Assembly (NCBI RefSeq): GCF_001194135.2
Contig: NC_068982.1
Span: 85,059,333 to 85,123,332 of the forward strand
Length of the DNA: 64,000 nucleotides
Source of the DNA: Octopus bimaculoides
Taxonomy: Eukaryota
Direction: 5' to 3'
The notes beneath the pieces are model-generated. The model was not told where the DNA came from and made no database searches. It saw only the letters and a list, made by a program, of their open reading frames with translations. The position numbers were made by a program, and so were the translations under genes. Below, piece after piece: positions 49,431 to 62,941 of this stretch (the first letter of the stretch is position 1; every line of letters starts with the position of its first letter).

Positions 49431-52400
49431 GCTAATAACTGGACAAGCTTTGCATAGTATCCTATCAAGGTTTTTACCTGAATCTTATTCAACTACATAT
49501 GTACATATATGTATATACATGTATATGTAAGTGTAATGTGTATGTGTATGCATATATGAGAATGCATGTGTGAATGTCAGTCTATGTGTATATATGTGCT
49601 TATATTTATATATGTATATGAGTATGCACCATGTATGCAAAAATATATACATTTCTTTCTTTTGTATTTTCTTTTGACATTATTGTGTAGCATATACCAA
49701 CCTATACTTGTATCACTAACATGTGTAAAGGCCCTCAGGAATCTGTTTGTGAAATTGCCTTCAGGAATCTGTGAAAGTCTACTTCTTCATAGATGCTGAA
49801 CAGTCCCCCAGATACACTTTTACTCCTTTCAAGTTCATAAACTTTGAACAACAATGATAAATGTTGGCATAATGAAAGGTAAGTCAGGTAAGATTATTGA
49901 AATGTTAGAGCAGAAGCATGTATATGTGTGCTGTGTGCAAGAGGGACGATAGAAGAAAGCCTCAACTAGACTGCTCATGGGCAAGGAACATAGATACAAA
50001 TTCTTGGATGGGCAGTAGTGACAGTGTGGGTGGTGTAGGTATATTTTGTCAAAGAAATGGATTGACAAAGTGATCAAGGTAGTCAAGGGGTATAATAGGA
50101 TTATTAAGCTAAGACTAGTTTTAGATAATGCAATAACGATATTTATCTTTGCATACGTTCCACACATTGGACTGGCAGATGAACAAAAGCACTGTTTCAA
50201 ATAGCTCCCATTGCACACTACCTTGATGATGAAAGAAAATGAACTTACCATCATGGCTAGTGATTTCAATGGAGATACTGGGCAGTACCCCAATGGATTT
50301 CATGGCATGCATGGAGATTACTGCTTTAGTTTTAGAAATGAGGTGGGAACAAAACTACTGGAATTCTGTGATGCAAATGACTTGTTGAAGTACAAAACTA
50401 ACTTCAGGAAACCAGCCAGTCACCTAATCACCTATCAATCTGAAGGCACTCAAACCAGATTGACTACATTCTCACTAGAAACAGAGATAGGTGGATGCTT
50501 GTAAATTCCTCAGTGAGGAATGAACAAGTCAGTAACATCATACTTAGAGCTTAAAGGACTCAGAGACACAAAACAGTTTGGAAAAGGAAGATATGGAAGC
50601 TTAAAGACTTGTCAAAAAGTAAAAAAATTAGAGATGTTCTAATTAAGCATTTGACAAGGAGGAGATAGAAACATATAACATAGAGAGGACATTTGGAAGT
50701 TCTTATGAGGTAAGCTACTGAGGGCTAGAGACTAAATCTGTGGCTACTGCAAAGTTTCAGTCAGATGAAAGGTAACATGGTAGTGGAACAATGAGGTAGA
50801 TGGGGTTATAAAAGTGAATCTAGAGAGATTAGAAGTATGGAGGTAACAGAGAATTATACTAGGTAGCTAGAGGGGAAGCTAGGCAACATGTTTATTTAGC
50901 AAGAACAGAAGCAGAAATGAAGAGGTTTGTCAATGTCTTACAACATGAGGACGAGTGGCATGAAGGAAGTGTTCTAGATTGCAAGACAGTTTATAAGATA
51001 GAATCAAGATGCTGTGGGAGAGAGATGTATATGGATGGATAATAGCATGCCAGCACTCAGTAATTCTGAAAAGAAAGTGGCATGATAGTGCCACTATGAA
51101 AGGCTACATTTGTGGGAAATGCAAGCGATGAAGAGAATTTCCCTAATGTTGATCCAAGGGATTAGCCATCTGAGTTGACAGCAGTATGATAGATAAGGCA
51201 ATGAAGGATATGAAGACAGGGAAGGTCCCTGGTCTATCAGAAATTTGATGCATAAAATATCTGGCAGAGTAGGATATGGTTTAGTCACTGTATAGTTAAT
51301 TGGGTTATATTGGATGGTGTTATACACAATGATTGGTGCAGCAGCATTATTGTCAGTTGTTACACGAGTAAAGGAGATGCCTTAGAAATAGTTATAGAGA
51401 TATCAAATTGATGAACCAGGAGCAGAATTAGACAAGATGAGATGCAGTTTGGTTTTATGCAAGAGAAAAATACTACTGGTTCTAGGTTCCTAGACAAATT
51501 CATAAAAGTATTTAGTTAAGAGTAAAACACTGTACTTGGCTTTTGTTGACCAGGAGAAAACCTTCAACAGAATTCCTATTTCTGTGCTATTGTAGTCTCT
51601 GAGGAAGCTAGGGATAGATAAATGACTTGTGGAAGCTTTTCAAGCCATGTGCAGGGGTGCAGTCAGTAAGGTGAGAGTTAGTAATGAATTCAGCAATTAA
51701 TATAAAGTACAGGTAGGAGCGTGCCAGGGCTTGGTTCTCAGTCAACTTCTATTCAGACTGTAATGGAGGAATGTAAGACTGGCTGCCTCTGGGAAATACA
51801 ATATGGTGATGATCTCATTCTCATACTGGAATCTGAAATAGAATTTTAAAAAGCAATTCCTAGTGTGGAAGCAAAACCTAGAATCAAAGAGCCTTAAACC
51901 TTTTGATACGAACCTGGCCATAGCCAGCCGAAAAATTTTGTTGTTCAAACGACCAGCCCAGTCATAAGTATCCATTATTATTTAAATGTGAATTTGAACA
52001 GAAATCTTATTAGTACATTCATGAAAAGATGTGATTTCACTTTGTAAATAGCTGAGTTATAGTATCCAACATTGTTTGATGTGATATCTGAACTCAATGA
52101 ATTTTGGGAGATATTTTTTCCACATTTTTTCCGCATCGATTTTTTTCAACTTTGAAAATAGATAGGAGTTTCATGCTATCAAGCAGTGATTCCGAATTTG
52201 AAGGTGTTTCAATGGAAGATATGGAGATATCAAGAAAAAGAATGAATGAAGTACAAAAGCATGTGGTGTATGAGAATGAATCAGATATTTCTGAAAGCAG
52301 CGATTCTGAAGAAATTGAAAGCAGCGATAGCGACAGCGTGACGATTTACATCAGAATAAAGTAAAAAGTTTAAAAACATTTTTATTAACAATTTTTCTGA

Positions 52401-53735
52401 GGAGACAGGGTCTACCCATAGTCTTTCTCAGGAAGTGAAACCATTAGACTTTTTCTTCTTTTTTTTTCCAGTATGCTTGTTTGAAGCCATCACTGCAGAA
52501 ACAAACTGTTATGCAGAATATAAACCAACTGGAAAAAAAGATAGCTTGTGGTTTCCCACAACTGTAGAAGAAATACGGGCATTTCTTTTGCCATAAATAT
52601 CATTATGGGTATAAGACAATTACCCAAGATTACAAATTACTAGAGCAATCAGGAACCTTTTTTGGCGATCAGTATGTTTCCAGTATTATGTCACGAATAC
52701 GATTTGTGAAACTGAACCAATATTTACATGTGAGAGACACTAGCAGTACCCCAGTACATGGAGAACCTAACTTTGATCCCTTATTTAAAATAAGACCCCT
52801 TATCGACTGCGTTCAAAATGCATCTAAAACACTTTACAATCCTGAGAGATACTTATCCGTCGATGAAGGCATGGTGGGGTATAAAGGAAGGGTAGGCTTC
52901 CAATAGTATATGCCAGAAAAGCCCATGAAGTGGAGGATCAAAGTTTGGAAAATTTGTGAAGTAAATACTGGGTACTGCAGTGGATTTAGTTTTTATACTG
53001 GGAAAAGAGACAATAATGTTAGTCAGCATGGCCTAGAGTATGGTGTGGTCTGGAATTTATCACTTCCATACCATAACCAGGACTGTATATTATTTTTTGA
53101 CCGATTTTTTAGTTCGGTCAAACTTGCAGGAAAGCTGTGACAATGTATACGTGTGCTACAGTAACTGTTAGCAGAAAAGGGCTACCGTTGGATATAAAAA
53201 AATCAAAATTTAAAAGAAGAGGTGAAATAATCCAATAGCAGAAAGGAAATCTGCTAGTGACTGCACACAGAGATAAGAGGCAGATAAATTTTCTATCTAG
53301 TGGTGCACAACCATGTGTGGATGAAAATGGCACCCCATTTCTGAACCTCAATTATAACAGGTGTGGATCGGCTGAACTAAATGATGAGTTATTATCTAGT
53401 TGGTATTATCTACCTGGTTCGGTATATAGTAAACATGAGCATTGTAAATGCTTTTATATTATATACCAAATCAGGAGCGGCTTGCAAGCAGTGCGACCAT
53501 CTGCAGTTCTGAGCAGATGTAGCAACACAGTTGAAGGCAAGTTACTCTTCAAAAAAAATAACGACAAGAAGGAAAAGCAAAACCTGCCAGAGAGATATCC
53601 CTCTGAGTTCAGCCAATCTCCGTAAATTAGAAAAAATTGAGAGTTGCAAAAGGCAGTGTCATGAATGTCTACATCAACAAAGAAAACTCTCAGTGGACGG
53701 CCAGTTGAAATTTCTTTCTAATGTGCATTCTGCAA

Positions 53736-53855
53736 GCTTATGGCCATATCATGTTGAAAGCACCGGTTCTGGTCCAATTACGGGAGTTAAGCAATGTCAA
53801 GCCTAGTGAATACTTAGATGGGTGATTATTTGGGAAACCTGGGTGCTGTAAGCAT
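53736..53855 (+). pseudogene. 5S rRNA-derived sequence (full length, mutated, no oligo-T terminator)
   Basis: GCTTATGGCCATATCATGTTGAAAGCACCGGTTCTGGTCC...GTTAAGCAA...TACTTAGATGGGTGA...TGGGAAA...GGTGCTGTAAGC aligns by eye to metazoan 5S rRNA. Confidence 0.88.
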
Positions 53856-54068
53856 CTCGCACTTTAAGGTGGAAAGCTGGCAGAAACGTTAGCACGCCGG
53901 GCCAAATGCTTAGCAGTATGTCGTCTGTTCAAATTCAGCCAAGGTCGACTTTATCTTTCATCCTTTCAGGTCAATAAAATAAGTACCAGTTGCAGACTGG
54001 GGTTGATCTAATTGTCTGCCCCACCCTACCCCAAAAAAATTTCGGGCCTTGTGCCTAGAGTAGAAAAG
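53737..54068 (+). mobile_element. Retroposed 5S rRNA plus Nin-type SINE chimera
   Basis: 17-bp TSD AATGTGCATTCTGCAAG at 53720-53736 and 54069-54085 encloses both the 5S part and the SINE part (53868-54068). Confidence 0.85.
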
Positions 54069-55639
54069 AATGTGCATTCTGCAAGGTTGCAGTATGTAAC
54101 ATGGGAAGTTTTATGATTTTCCATGATAGAAATATTGTGTGAATATTGTACATATGTATGATTAGATTGTATAAATATTTTTCAAATTTACTTCGTTTTT
54201 ACTTTTTATCTAATTGTAATTTTAATTTACCTGTAAGGTGAGTGACAAGTTTTGACTTAATTTTTTCTATTGTAAATTTTTATTATATAGGTTCTTGTGT
54301 ATTCATGTATGTGTATGAGTATATTTAATTTAGTTGATGTATTTAATTTTCTCATTTTCTTCAAAAACAAATTCCAGTATTTCAATTTATTTTACCTTTA
54401 TGGTACACCTGTTCTTCTGTGTATTAAATTCAACTGATAATCTCATGATGTGCACAATTATTCTATATTAAAATTTCGTTGCATACCCAATTGCACATTA
54501 GCTGATGACTCATTTTCTATGGTGATGTTTAAATAAAATTTAAATATTTTTATATTTTGCTGAATTTACCTGTAATTAGAGTCACTTTGAGACAAAAGTT
54601 ATGCAACAGAATTGATTAAAAACCCTTTCTTCAATTCTGTTCCAAATATCACGTTAATATGTTGATAAGTAAAAAAGTTACAGTTGTTAAATGAAACTAG
54701 TCTAAATTCATGATTATTTAAAAATTTAATTGAAACTCATGAGGGGTGTATTTTGGTCAGAAATATAGTAACGGAAGGGATTAAAGTTAATTTTGCAAAG
54801 TTGAGAGTTCTAGTAAACAGGAAAACAGACAGGACTCTACACATTTTAGATAAATGGTCCTGCTTAATATGTAAGAAAGGTGTAAGCAGGAATTCCATAT
54901 GGTGTACCCAGTGCAAGTAATGGATACACAACAGACAGTGGAATCATGAGAAAATCATGTTTATGTGTAGTAGATGTGTAGGAACAATAGGATACAGGAG
55001 AAATAGATACTCTCAAATACCCTGGAGGATTTCTGGAGATAGTGGATAATTTTTGTTACCAAGGTAACTAAATTAACAATGGAGAAGGATATTCTGAAAG
55101 TATAGTGACTAGAATAAGAATAGGATGGAGAAAGTACAGAGAGCTATTACCTCTGTTGGCAGCAAAATGTCTCTTTCTCTCTCTCCGCCCTCTCTCTCTG
55201 AGTGGAAGGCAGATTGTATGCTTATGTACAAACAACAATGTTACATGTTACTGAGATATAGACCCTAAATGCAGACTAGTGAGAAGTGAAGTTAGTATGT
55301 TCCACAAGATGTGCACTATCAGTGTGCATGTACAAAGAAGTGATAATATACTGAGATAAAGCATAAGAAGAATCAAGTGTGGTGTGCAGGAGAGAAGACT
55401 GTGTTGGTTTGGTCATGTGATGCATATGGATGAGGACAACTGTTGAAAAAAAGTTCCGATTTCTTACAGCAGAGGGAACTTGTAGAAGACCCAGAAAGAC
55501 AATGGACAAAGTAGTAAAGGCTGATCTCAAGATGTTGAACTTCACAGAATAAATGACAAAGGACAGAAACAAATGGCAATTAGGTGTGCTTGAAAAGACT
55601 TGTCCCTCACAGAAAATATGAGGTCCTAAAACATTTTGT

Positions 55640-56480
55640 TCAAGCTTGTACATGCTTGACACTTTCCTACACCCATACTGACTCATCAAGCATTTCGAAC
55701 ATCTCACCTCCCTATACATCTACTCTCTCCAACATCTATCCCTCCTAGGCATATATTACAACCCCTAACTCTTTGCAGTTACTGCTTTTCCCCACATCCA
55801 TCCCTCGTTCTCATTATCATCCCTTCTCACATGCTTCCAGCTATTCTGCCCCTTCCGCTGCCATACTTAATCTTAACACCCTTCACATCTGCTATCATTC
55901 CCAGCACCCTCTCATGTCTTCCACCATGCCCACTCACTCTAGCTTCACCTTATATACCTTTACATTTCCTTCCCCACTGCTTCTATGTCTTGCTCATCAT
56001 CTTCTACTTCCTAAATTATGATCCCTAAACCACTCCTATCTCTCTCATCTTACCCTGCATCATACTGATATTTCCCATCAAAATGCACCTCCACTCATGT
56101 TCATCTCGCTACATTCACTCCTAACCCCATTTTAAAACAACTGTTACTTTCCCCTCACACTCATATAACCACCTCACTGCTCTGAAGTCATGTATATAAA
56201 TGCTCTGAAGTCATGTAACTTCTGCATAAAGCATGTAACCCTGGCATAAAGCAACCTCTACCACCTATCAAACACTCAACCCTCATAGTCAAGAGGGCTT
56301 TTTCCTTTTTTTCCATATTCTTGTTCTTTCTTGTCTTGCAGGTTACTTGACAAGTTCACTTGAGCAGTGGCATGAAAAAAGAAAAAGCACGCAATACACA
56401 CTGTAAAGTGGTTGGGATTAGGAAAGGCATCCAGCCAGAGAAACTATACCAAAGCTAATTTGAAACAAAATGGAGCTCTG
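55640..56480 (+). repeat. Pyrimidine-rich non-autonomous RTE-tailed element
   Basis: C/T-rich body followed by the aagtggttgggattaggaaaggcatccagcc tail; related to 10660-11530. Confidence 0.5.
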
Positions 56481-56654
56481 TTTGATTTATACTTTTTGAT
56501 CAATAAGAGCATTTACACACCAAATACACACTATTCAAAAACACCTTCCCCAAACATTTTTTAAAAAAATATTTTTTAAGTCGTTAATAGCTTTAAAAAA
56601 AATCTTCCTTTAAATATTTTAACTGTATTTAGTATTTTTGCAAAAACTTAAGCA

Positions 56655-56983
56655 TATAGGCATAGCCATAGATGGTGAAGTAAAAAGCTTGCTTCCCAAC
56701 CACATGGTTCTGTGTTCAGTCCCACTGTGTGGCACCTTGGGTAAGTGTCTTCTACTATAGCCTCAGGTTGATCAAAACCTTGTGATCATATCCATCTGCC
56801 ATATCCACATATGGCAGATGGAAACTGAAAGAAGCCCACTGTGTGTGTGTGTGTGTGTGTACGTGAGAATGTTGCCATCTCTTTGCCTTGACAGAATGTG
56901 ACAGTTGCAAGTGAGTATTACCATCATGCAAGGAGTCCCTTGTTTCAAATTTTTCATGGAAACAGGTCTGGTCAAGGGGAAAG

Positions 56984-57058
<75 letters not shown>

Positions 57059-57245
57059 TCCCCCACCACTGCTTCACAACCAGTGTTAATGTGTTTATGC
57101 CTCTGTAACTTAGTTGTTCAGCAAATGATATCAATAGAATATTTACCAGGCTAAAATAAAAATAAGTACTGGGGTCAATTGTTCAACTAAAATTCTTCAA
57201 GGCAGTACCCCTGCATGGCCATAGTCTAATGACCAAAATAGATAA
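56655..57245 (+). repeat. tRNA-derived SINE with (TG)n arrays
   Basis: Same head and tail as 49040. Confidence 0.7.
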
Positions 57246-57249
57246 AAGA

Positions 57250-58625
57250 TATATATATGAAACTCATAATATGAACCATGTATTACCCACCAGATGCTCC
57301 TAATCATGAGGATTCATTTGAAGAGAGCCTCCAAGAAATGAAAAAAGCATTAACCAGCCTGGATAACAGCCTGCACATACTTTTTTCAGGAGATTTCAAC
57401 CCCCACTTACATCAAATGGCCTGTGGGCCACATTCTCTCAGGTATGTCACTGCATGGCATGAGGCATGCAGAATCTTTACATCACCTCACTAACATGCTC
57501 TTTATGGAGCAAATAGTGCTCCACCCAACAAAGCGAAAATATGTCCTGGACCTCTGTTTCACAAACAACACAGTGCTCATCCAGCGCTGTTTGTGGTGGC
57601 TCTTTCAGACATGCCATCAGTTACACAGATAGTCACACTTACTAGCTATGCCAACAACACAAAAGTAGTACAAGCAGTCAAGGAATCTTCTGATTCTAAC
57701 CTTCTACAGAAAGACCTGGGTACCATATATAAATGGGCTGTGGATAACAACATGCAATTTAATGCAGACAAATTCCAAGCCCTCTGCTTCCAGCTAATTG
57801 GTACTCAGAAGTCACAACAGCGCAATACTTTGGACCAAAAGGAGCGGAAATCCTAGAATCACATACAGTGCGTGATCTTGGGATTGACATGAGCAATGAT
57901 GCCTCATTTCACATGCGTGTCACCAAGATGGTGGCAGTGTGCAGGCGAGTGGCCAGATGGATTTTGAGAACCTTCAGAACAAGGGAGCAGGAAACTATGC
58001 TGGTCCTATGGAGAACATTTGTCCTCAGCCGTCTGGACAACTACTCTCAAGTATGGTCACCCTACACTGTAGGATTAATAGCAGAACTTGAGGCGGTCCA
58101 GCAATACTACACAAGGAAGATTGCATCAATGGAATAGTTGAGCTACTGGGAGAGACTGAAAGAGCTACGACTCTACTCCCTGGAGTGAAGATGGGAGAGG
58201 TACACAGTGATACATGTATGGAAGATACTGAAGGGGCTGGCACCAAACTTTGGAATTGAGAGTTATACCAGATCTTGAAACAGACATCACTGCACTGTTC
58301 CAAAGGTCCCAGCTGTCTCATCTAAGGTGAGGACCATGTACTGCAATAGCTTGGGGTTCAAGGGCCCACAGCTATTTAACTCCTTGCCAAAACATCTGAG
58401 GGATCTCCATGGAGTGGGAGTAGATGTTTTTAAGAAACAACTTGACCTCTTACTATCCAAGATCACTGACGAACTAATATCAAGGCAGGAAACTCAAAAC
58501 AGGGCAGTGATATCGAACTCCTTCCTTCATCAAAAGCCAAACCCATAGAATTGGCCAATTAAAAGGTGATTACAATGGTAGTGCCCCAGCATAGCCACAG
58601 CCTCAAGGCTGAAACATGTAAAAGA
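57250..58625 (+). mobile_element. CR1-like LINE with large internal deletion
   Basis: APE remnant YYPPD...SGDFN joined to RT end SYANNTK (YADD-like), RDLGI, FVLSRLDN.SQVWSP, and GPQLFNSLP. Confidence 0.8.
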
Positions 58626-58699
58626 AATAAAGAATATATATACATATGTACACACAAATGCACACATAAATATATGCATACTTGAGTATATATATTATG

Positions 58700-59110
58700 T
58701 CATCATCATCATTTAGTATCCATTTTCCACACTGTCATGGGTTAAGCAGTTTGACTGGTACTGGTAAGCCGGAGAGCTGTACCAGACTCCAGTTTGATTT
58801 TGGCTTGGTTTCTACAGCTGGATACCCTTCCTAACACCAACCACTCCAAGAGTGTAGTGGATGCTTTTTACATGTCACTAGCATGGGTGCCTTTTACATG
58901 TCACTGTCATGGGTGCCTTTTACATGTCATCAGCGCTGTCCTGATGAGTCTGCTCAAGTACAGCAAACCTCCACATGTCTTGATCATTTGTCATTGCCTC
59001 CATGAGGCCAAACATCCAAAGATCATGCTTCACCACCTCATTCCATATCTTCCTGAGTCTATCACTTCTACAGGTTCCCTCCACAGATCAGCACTTTACA
59101 TTCCATACAT
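58700..59110 (-). repeat. RTE-type 3' tail repeat
   Basis: Same (CAT)n-tailed family, including the KVMLHHLIP-like antisense of the RTE C-terminus. Confidence 0.7.
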
Positions 59111-59327
59111 ATGACAACAATTGTTGCATGCCTTTTCATTTCTTGTGTTATCTGACAGGGGGGATCTGAGAAAAATAAAAACAATTTAATTTGTTTGTAA
59201 AGAATAATAAACTGATAATTAAGTGTCCTTAAAAACTCTGCACATGTGCATGCACATACATCACACACATGTATAAAACAATAAAAAGTCAGGAGATATG
59301 AGATGTGAATATAATTATTTAACCACT

Positions 59328-61068
59328 TGTTATCTTTAGGATTCAGATATTTCACAGCCTTCATTACGTGCTATGTTCTGCATTATGACAACGTATTTTG
59401 TCATTTCTGCAGGACTGGCCCAAACAGTGTACCTCGCTGACATTACTGACTGTGTCAGTCTACTATTTATTAGTAATTTATTAGTATTGGACTAACCCAC
59501 TTCTCACCTGGAGGCGTCCGCCACAGCAACTCCCCACTTTGAGATTTTTTTTATTTCAACACAACTTTTTTTTTATTTTCATTACGTTTTCTTCTAACCA
59601 AAATTATTTTTCTCTCATTTAGATTTTTTCTTGTTTCACACAGAATTATATACATATATTTTTTTTTCAAAAATTACACAGCATTATTATATATATATAT
59701 TTTTCATTTCTATAACTTTTCCTTTCATTACACTTTTCTCGGCAGAAACTGGATCAGTTTCCTGCAAACTTTTATTATCTTTTAAAGTGGAGCATTTTCA
59801 GTAGAAGGAACTTTTCTTGTAACAGATGGCTCAAATTCTCTAATTTCAGAATTTTCTACATGTTCTTCACTAGTCACTTCCATTGACATTTCATCTGGAG
59901 TCTTTTCAAGGAGGACTTGTTTAGTATCTTCAATCACAAAATGGCTTGTGTTTTCTTTGTCCATTTTAACTTCCTTAGCAACTGGTTCAATTTCAATTTC
60001 AACAGATAATATCTGCTTACATTTGAAATCTTCTGGCATGACTTGCTTTAAATGTATCGTTAATTACTTTTCATATTTTTTTTTCTTCTAACCAAAATTA
60101 TTTTTTTGTTCCACACAGAATTATTAAATCCTTCACACGGACTTATTGTTATTATTATTTCTTGTTCCCCACAGAACCATTTTTTTTTTTTCAAAATGCC
60201 ACAGGTCTACATTATTGCTGGTAGCGCTACTACATATAGTAACCTGACTTATAAATCCTTTGAACAGACTTATTCTTCTAGGTAGTACCAAGTCTACATT
60301 ATAACTGGTAGTGCTATTATATATAGCAACCTGACTTATAAATCCTTCGAATGGACTTATTATTATTATTATTTTTTGTTCCACACAGAATTATTTTTCA
60401 CTGTGTGTAGTTCAGTTCTGTGCAGAGTTCCAGTTTTATCAGACATTTTTTTTTTCAGGATCTTTTTTGTATATATATTTTTCACTGTGTGTATATTACT
60501 TTTCACTGTGTGTAGTTCAATTCTGTGTTAGTGTTTTTTTCCCTTCAGATTCTCTTTTTATATATTTTTCACTGTGTGTAGCTCAACTTTGTGTTAGTGT
60601 TTTTTTTCTTCTTTTTCTTTCAGAATCTTTTTTTTTATATATTTTTCACTGTGTGAAGTTCAATTTTGTGCCAGAGTTCCAATTTTACCAGACATTTTTT
60701 CTTCAGAAGCATTTTTTTAATATATATTTTTGACTGTGTGTATATTACTTTTCACTGTATAAAGTTTAATTCTGAGTTAGAGTTCGAATCCTTGAAACTT
60801 TCTTTCATTGTTCTTGAATGTAGGTCTTACATTTCGACACTCCTACAAAGGTTCATAACCTTGTTACCATTGTTATAAAACAACACTGTTATACAGTGAG
60901 AGGTATCTTCATCGCCACTGTTATGTCCCACATTATGATGGCATATTTCGTCGTCTCTGTGGAACTGGCCTGAACAGAGTACCTCGCTGACTGACATTAC
61001 TGACTGTGTTAGTCTGCTATTTATTAGTAATGGACCAGACCACTTCTCACCTGGGGGTGTCTGCCACA
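59328..61068 (-). mobile_element. Non-autonomous LTR element (TRIM/LARD-like) with two 198-bp diverged LTRs
   Basis: LTRs 59328-59525 and 60871-61068, both TG...CA. PBS-like TGGTAAC follows the 5' LTR; PPT AAAGTGGGGAG precedes the 3' LTR; no RT or integrase inside; TSD not evident. Confidence 0.75.
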
Positions 61069-61089
61069 ACATCATGTAATAATAACTTT

Positions 61090-61272
61090 AGGGTATCTTT
61101 TATCTTTTACTTGTTTCAATCTTTAGACTGTGGCCATGCTAGGGTACTGCTTTGAAGGATTTTAGTCAAATGAATTGACCCCAGTATATATTAATTTTTG
61201 GTAAAGCCTGGTACTTATTGTATTAGACTCTTCCATTGAACCACTAAGTTTTGGGGATGTAAACACACGCAA

Positions 61273-61304
<32 letters not shown>

Positions 61305-61460
61305 GACAGGCTTCTTTCCATTTCTATCTACCAAGTTAACTAACAAGGCTTTAGTTGGCCTGAGACTATAGTAAAAGACACATGCTGAAGGTGCCATGCA
61401 GTGGGACTGAATATAGAACCATGTGGTTGGGAAGTAAACTTCTTACCATATAGCCATGCC
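61090..61460 (-). repeat. tRNA-derived SINE
   Basis: Reverse complement of the 49040 family. Confidence 0.7.
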
Positions 61461-61949
61461 ATGTTTAAATAATATAAATCATTTTACATATCTGCAATAA
61501 TATGCATTGTACAGTGAGTATATATTGTACAATGAGTATATATTCACAAATCAATGCAGATCAAGAAAGCAAGCTCATCAGATCACCAGAACATCATGGT
61601 TATACCAACGCTTCAACTCTAACTATACATGAAAAATTTTCCCTTTATATATATAATATTTAGAAGATTGATACTACATAAAATTAGCTTGTCATTAAAA
61701 TTAATATAAATAATAAACATATTTTACATCATATCAATTAAGATGCTGGGTCTAAGTTTAGGGAGTTGACCATCCTTAATTTTAACAAAAGACAAGAAAG
61801 GGATAGAAGAGGAAGTAAAGTAGTTAAATTAAATAAAAATGAAAAATAGAAAGTGTCGAAAAATAAATATAAAAAATATAGAATATAATGTAAATGAATT
61901 CAATATGGAACAGACAGCTAGACATATAAAGATTAAACCAAGAGATAGT

Positions 61950-62700
61950 ATTGAACAACAGTTATGTTCAAATAGGGTCAAAAGGTCATAGAGGAAAGCT
62001 ATACCATGTTACATGATGCCAAGGAATTCTAGGAGAATTAATTGCAGAATTTGACCTGAAGCTGCAAGTAGTTTTCCTGACCTGAGAGAGGGAAACCTTG
62101 TTAGGATTGTCAAAAGATTTAAAGAAAGGAGCGATCTGTGTGCTGTTTCATGCTCCTGGGTTTAAAGTTATAACTATATTTAGTGAGAAAAGTGACCCTG
62201 ATGTTACTATGTTGTGTGATTAGAGGGTAGTTAGAAACTGTACCAGATGTTAGTCAATTGACTCTGTACCAGGTGTATGAGACAGGAGAGTGGAAAACAA
62301 CTGGAAGAGATTAGCATAGATGTGACACACTATCAGCAAAGACTGTACCGCTTAATGATTGACTATCAGACCAGATAAGTGATTATATGGAGGGAAATGA
62401 AGGTAGACACTACAGATGAAACTTCATGGTGGTGGGGTGAATGAAATATTCTTGAAGAAAGGACTGATGAATGAGGTGTTGATGGACAACAGTATCACAT
62501 TTTCTTCAAAATCACTGAACAAGGGGATAGCCAAACACTTCTTTAGAGTTGCATATAGACTGAGCAGAATGGAATCATAGAGAGACACTATCAAACAATG
62601 AAATTCATGACAAAGGTGGTTATATCTTTTTATTTGAAGCAACATTATGGAGGGCATATGCAGAGATCATGAATGTTTTCAAATGTTCTCTCTCTGGTTA
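61950..62700 (+). mobile_element. Highly degenerate Gypsy-type integrase core
   Basis: WKRLA.D.TH, MIDY, EVLMDN and GIIERHYQTMK motifs (D,D,E core) across stops; not captured by the ORF track. Confidence 0.65.
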
Positions 62701-62941
62701 CCTTAATCTACCCACTTCTGCACTAGATATGTCACTTAAGTCACCACTACTAGAGTAGTTATCCATCCAAAAGAATTCATGCTTTTTTTTTTTGTTTCTT
62801 TTTTTTTTGTGCTTGTGAGAAGTATGGCCTCCATTTCACTTTTTGAACTTAATGTACAACCACTGGAGTTCTGCTTAATATTTTATCAAGCCTTTAATAA
62901 ACTTGTCAAAAGTAAAATTTTAAAAAAATAAACATACTCAC

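Larger units (their letters stand above)
51898..54780 (+). mobile_element. piggyBac transposon (PGBD4-like transposase pseudogene)
   Basis: TTAA TSD with the host LINE frame restored on removal. Motifs MSRIRF, DPLFKIRP, LSVDEGM, KPMKW.IKVW, FFDRFFSS; Cys-rich C-terminus. Confidence 0.92.
49850..55620 (+). mobile_element. Degenerate RTE LINE split by a piggyBac insertion
   Basis: APE motifs (CVQE, SDFNG, LLEFCDANDL) and RT remnants. ESKSL|KVNFAKLRVLV reads continuously across the TTAA at 51894-51897 and 54781-54784. Confidence 0.88.

Noticed and set aside
56755-57134. His/Thr- or Cys/Val-repeat ORFs (also poly-Ile/Asn ORFs at 23018 and 26675)
   Set aside because: Translations of (CA)n/(TG)n and (AAT)n microsatellites.
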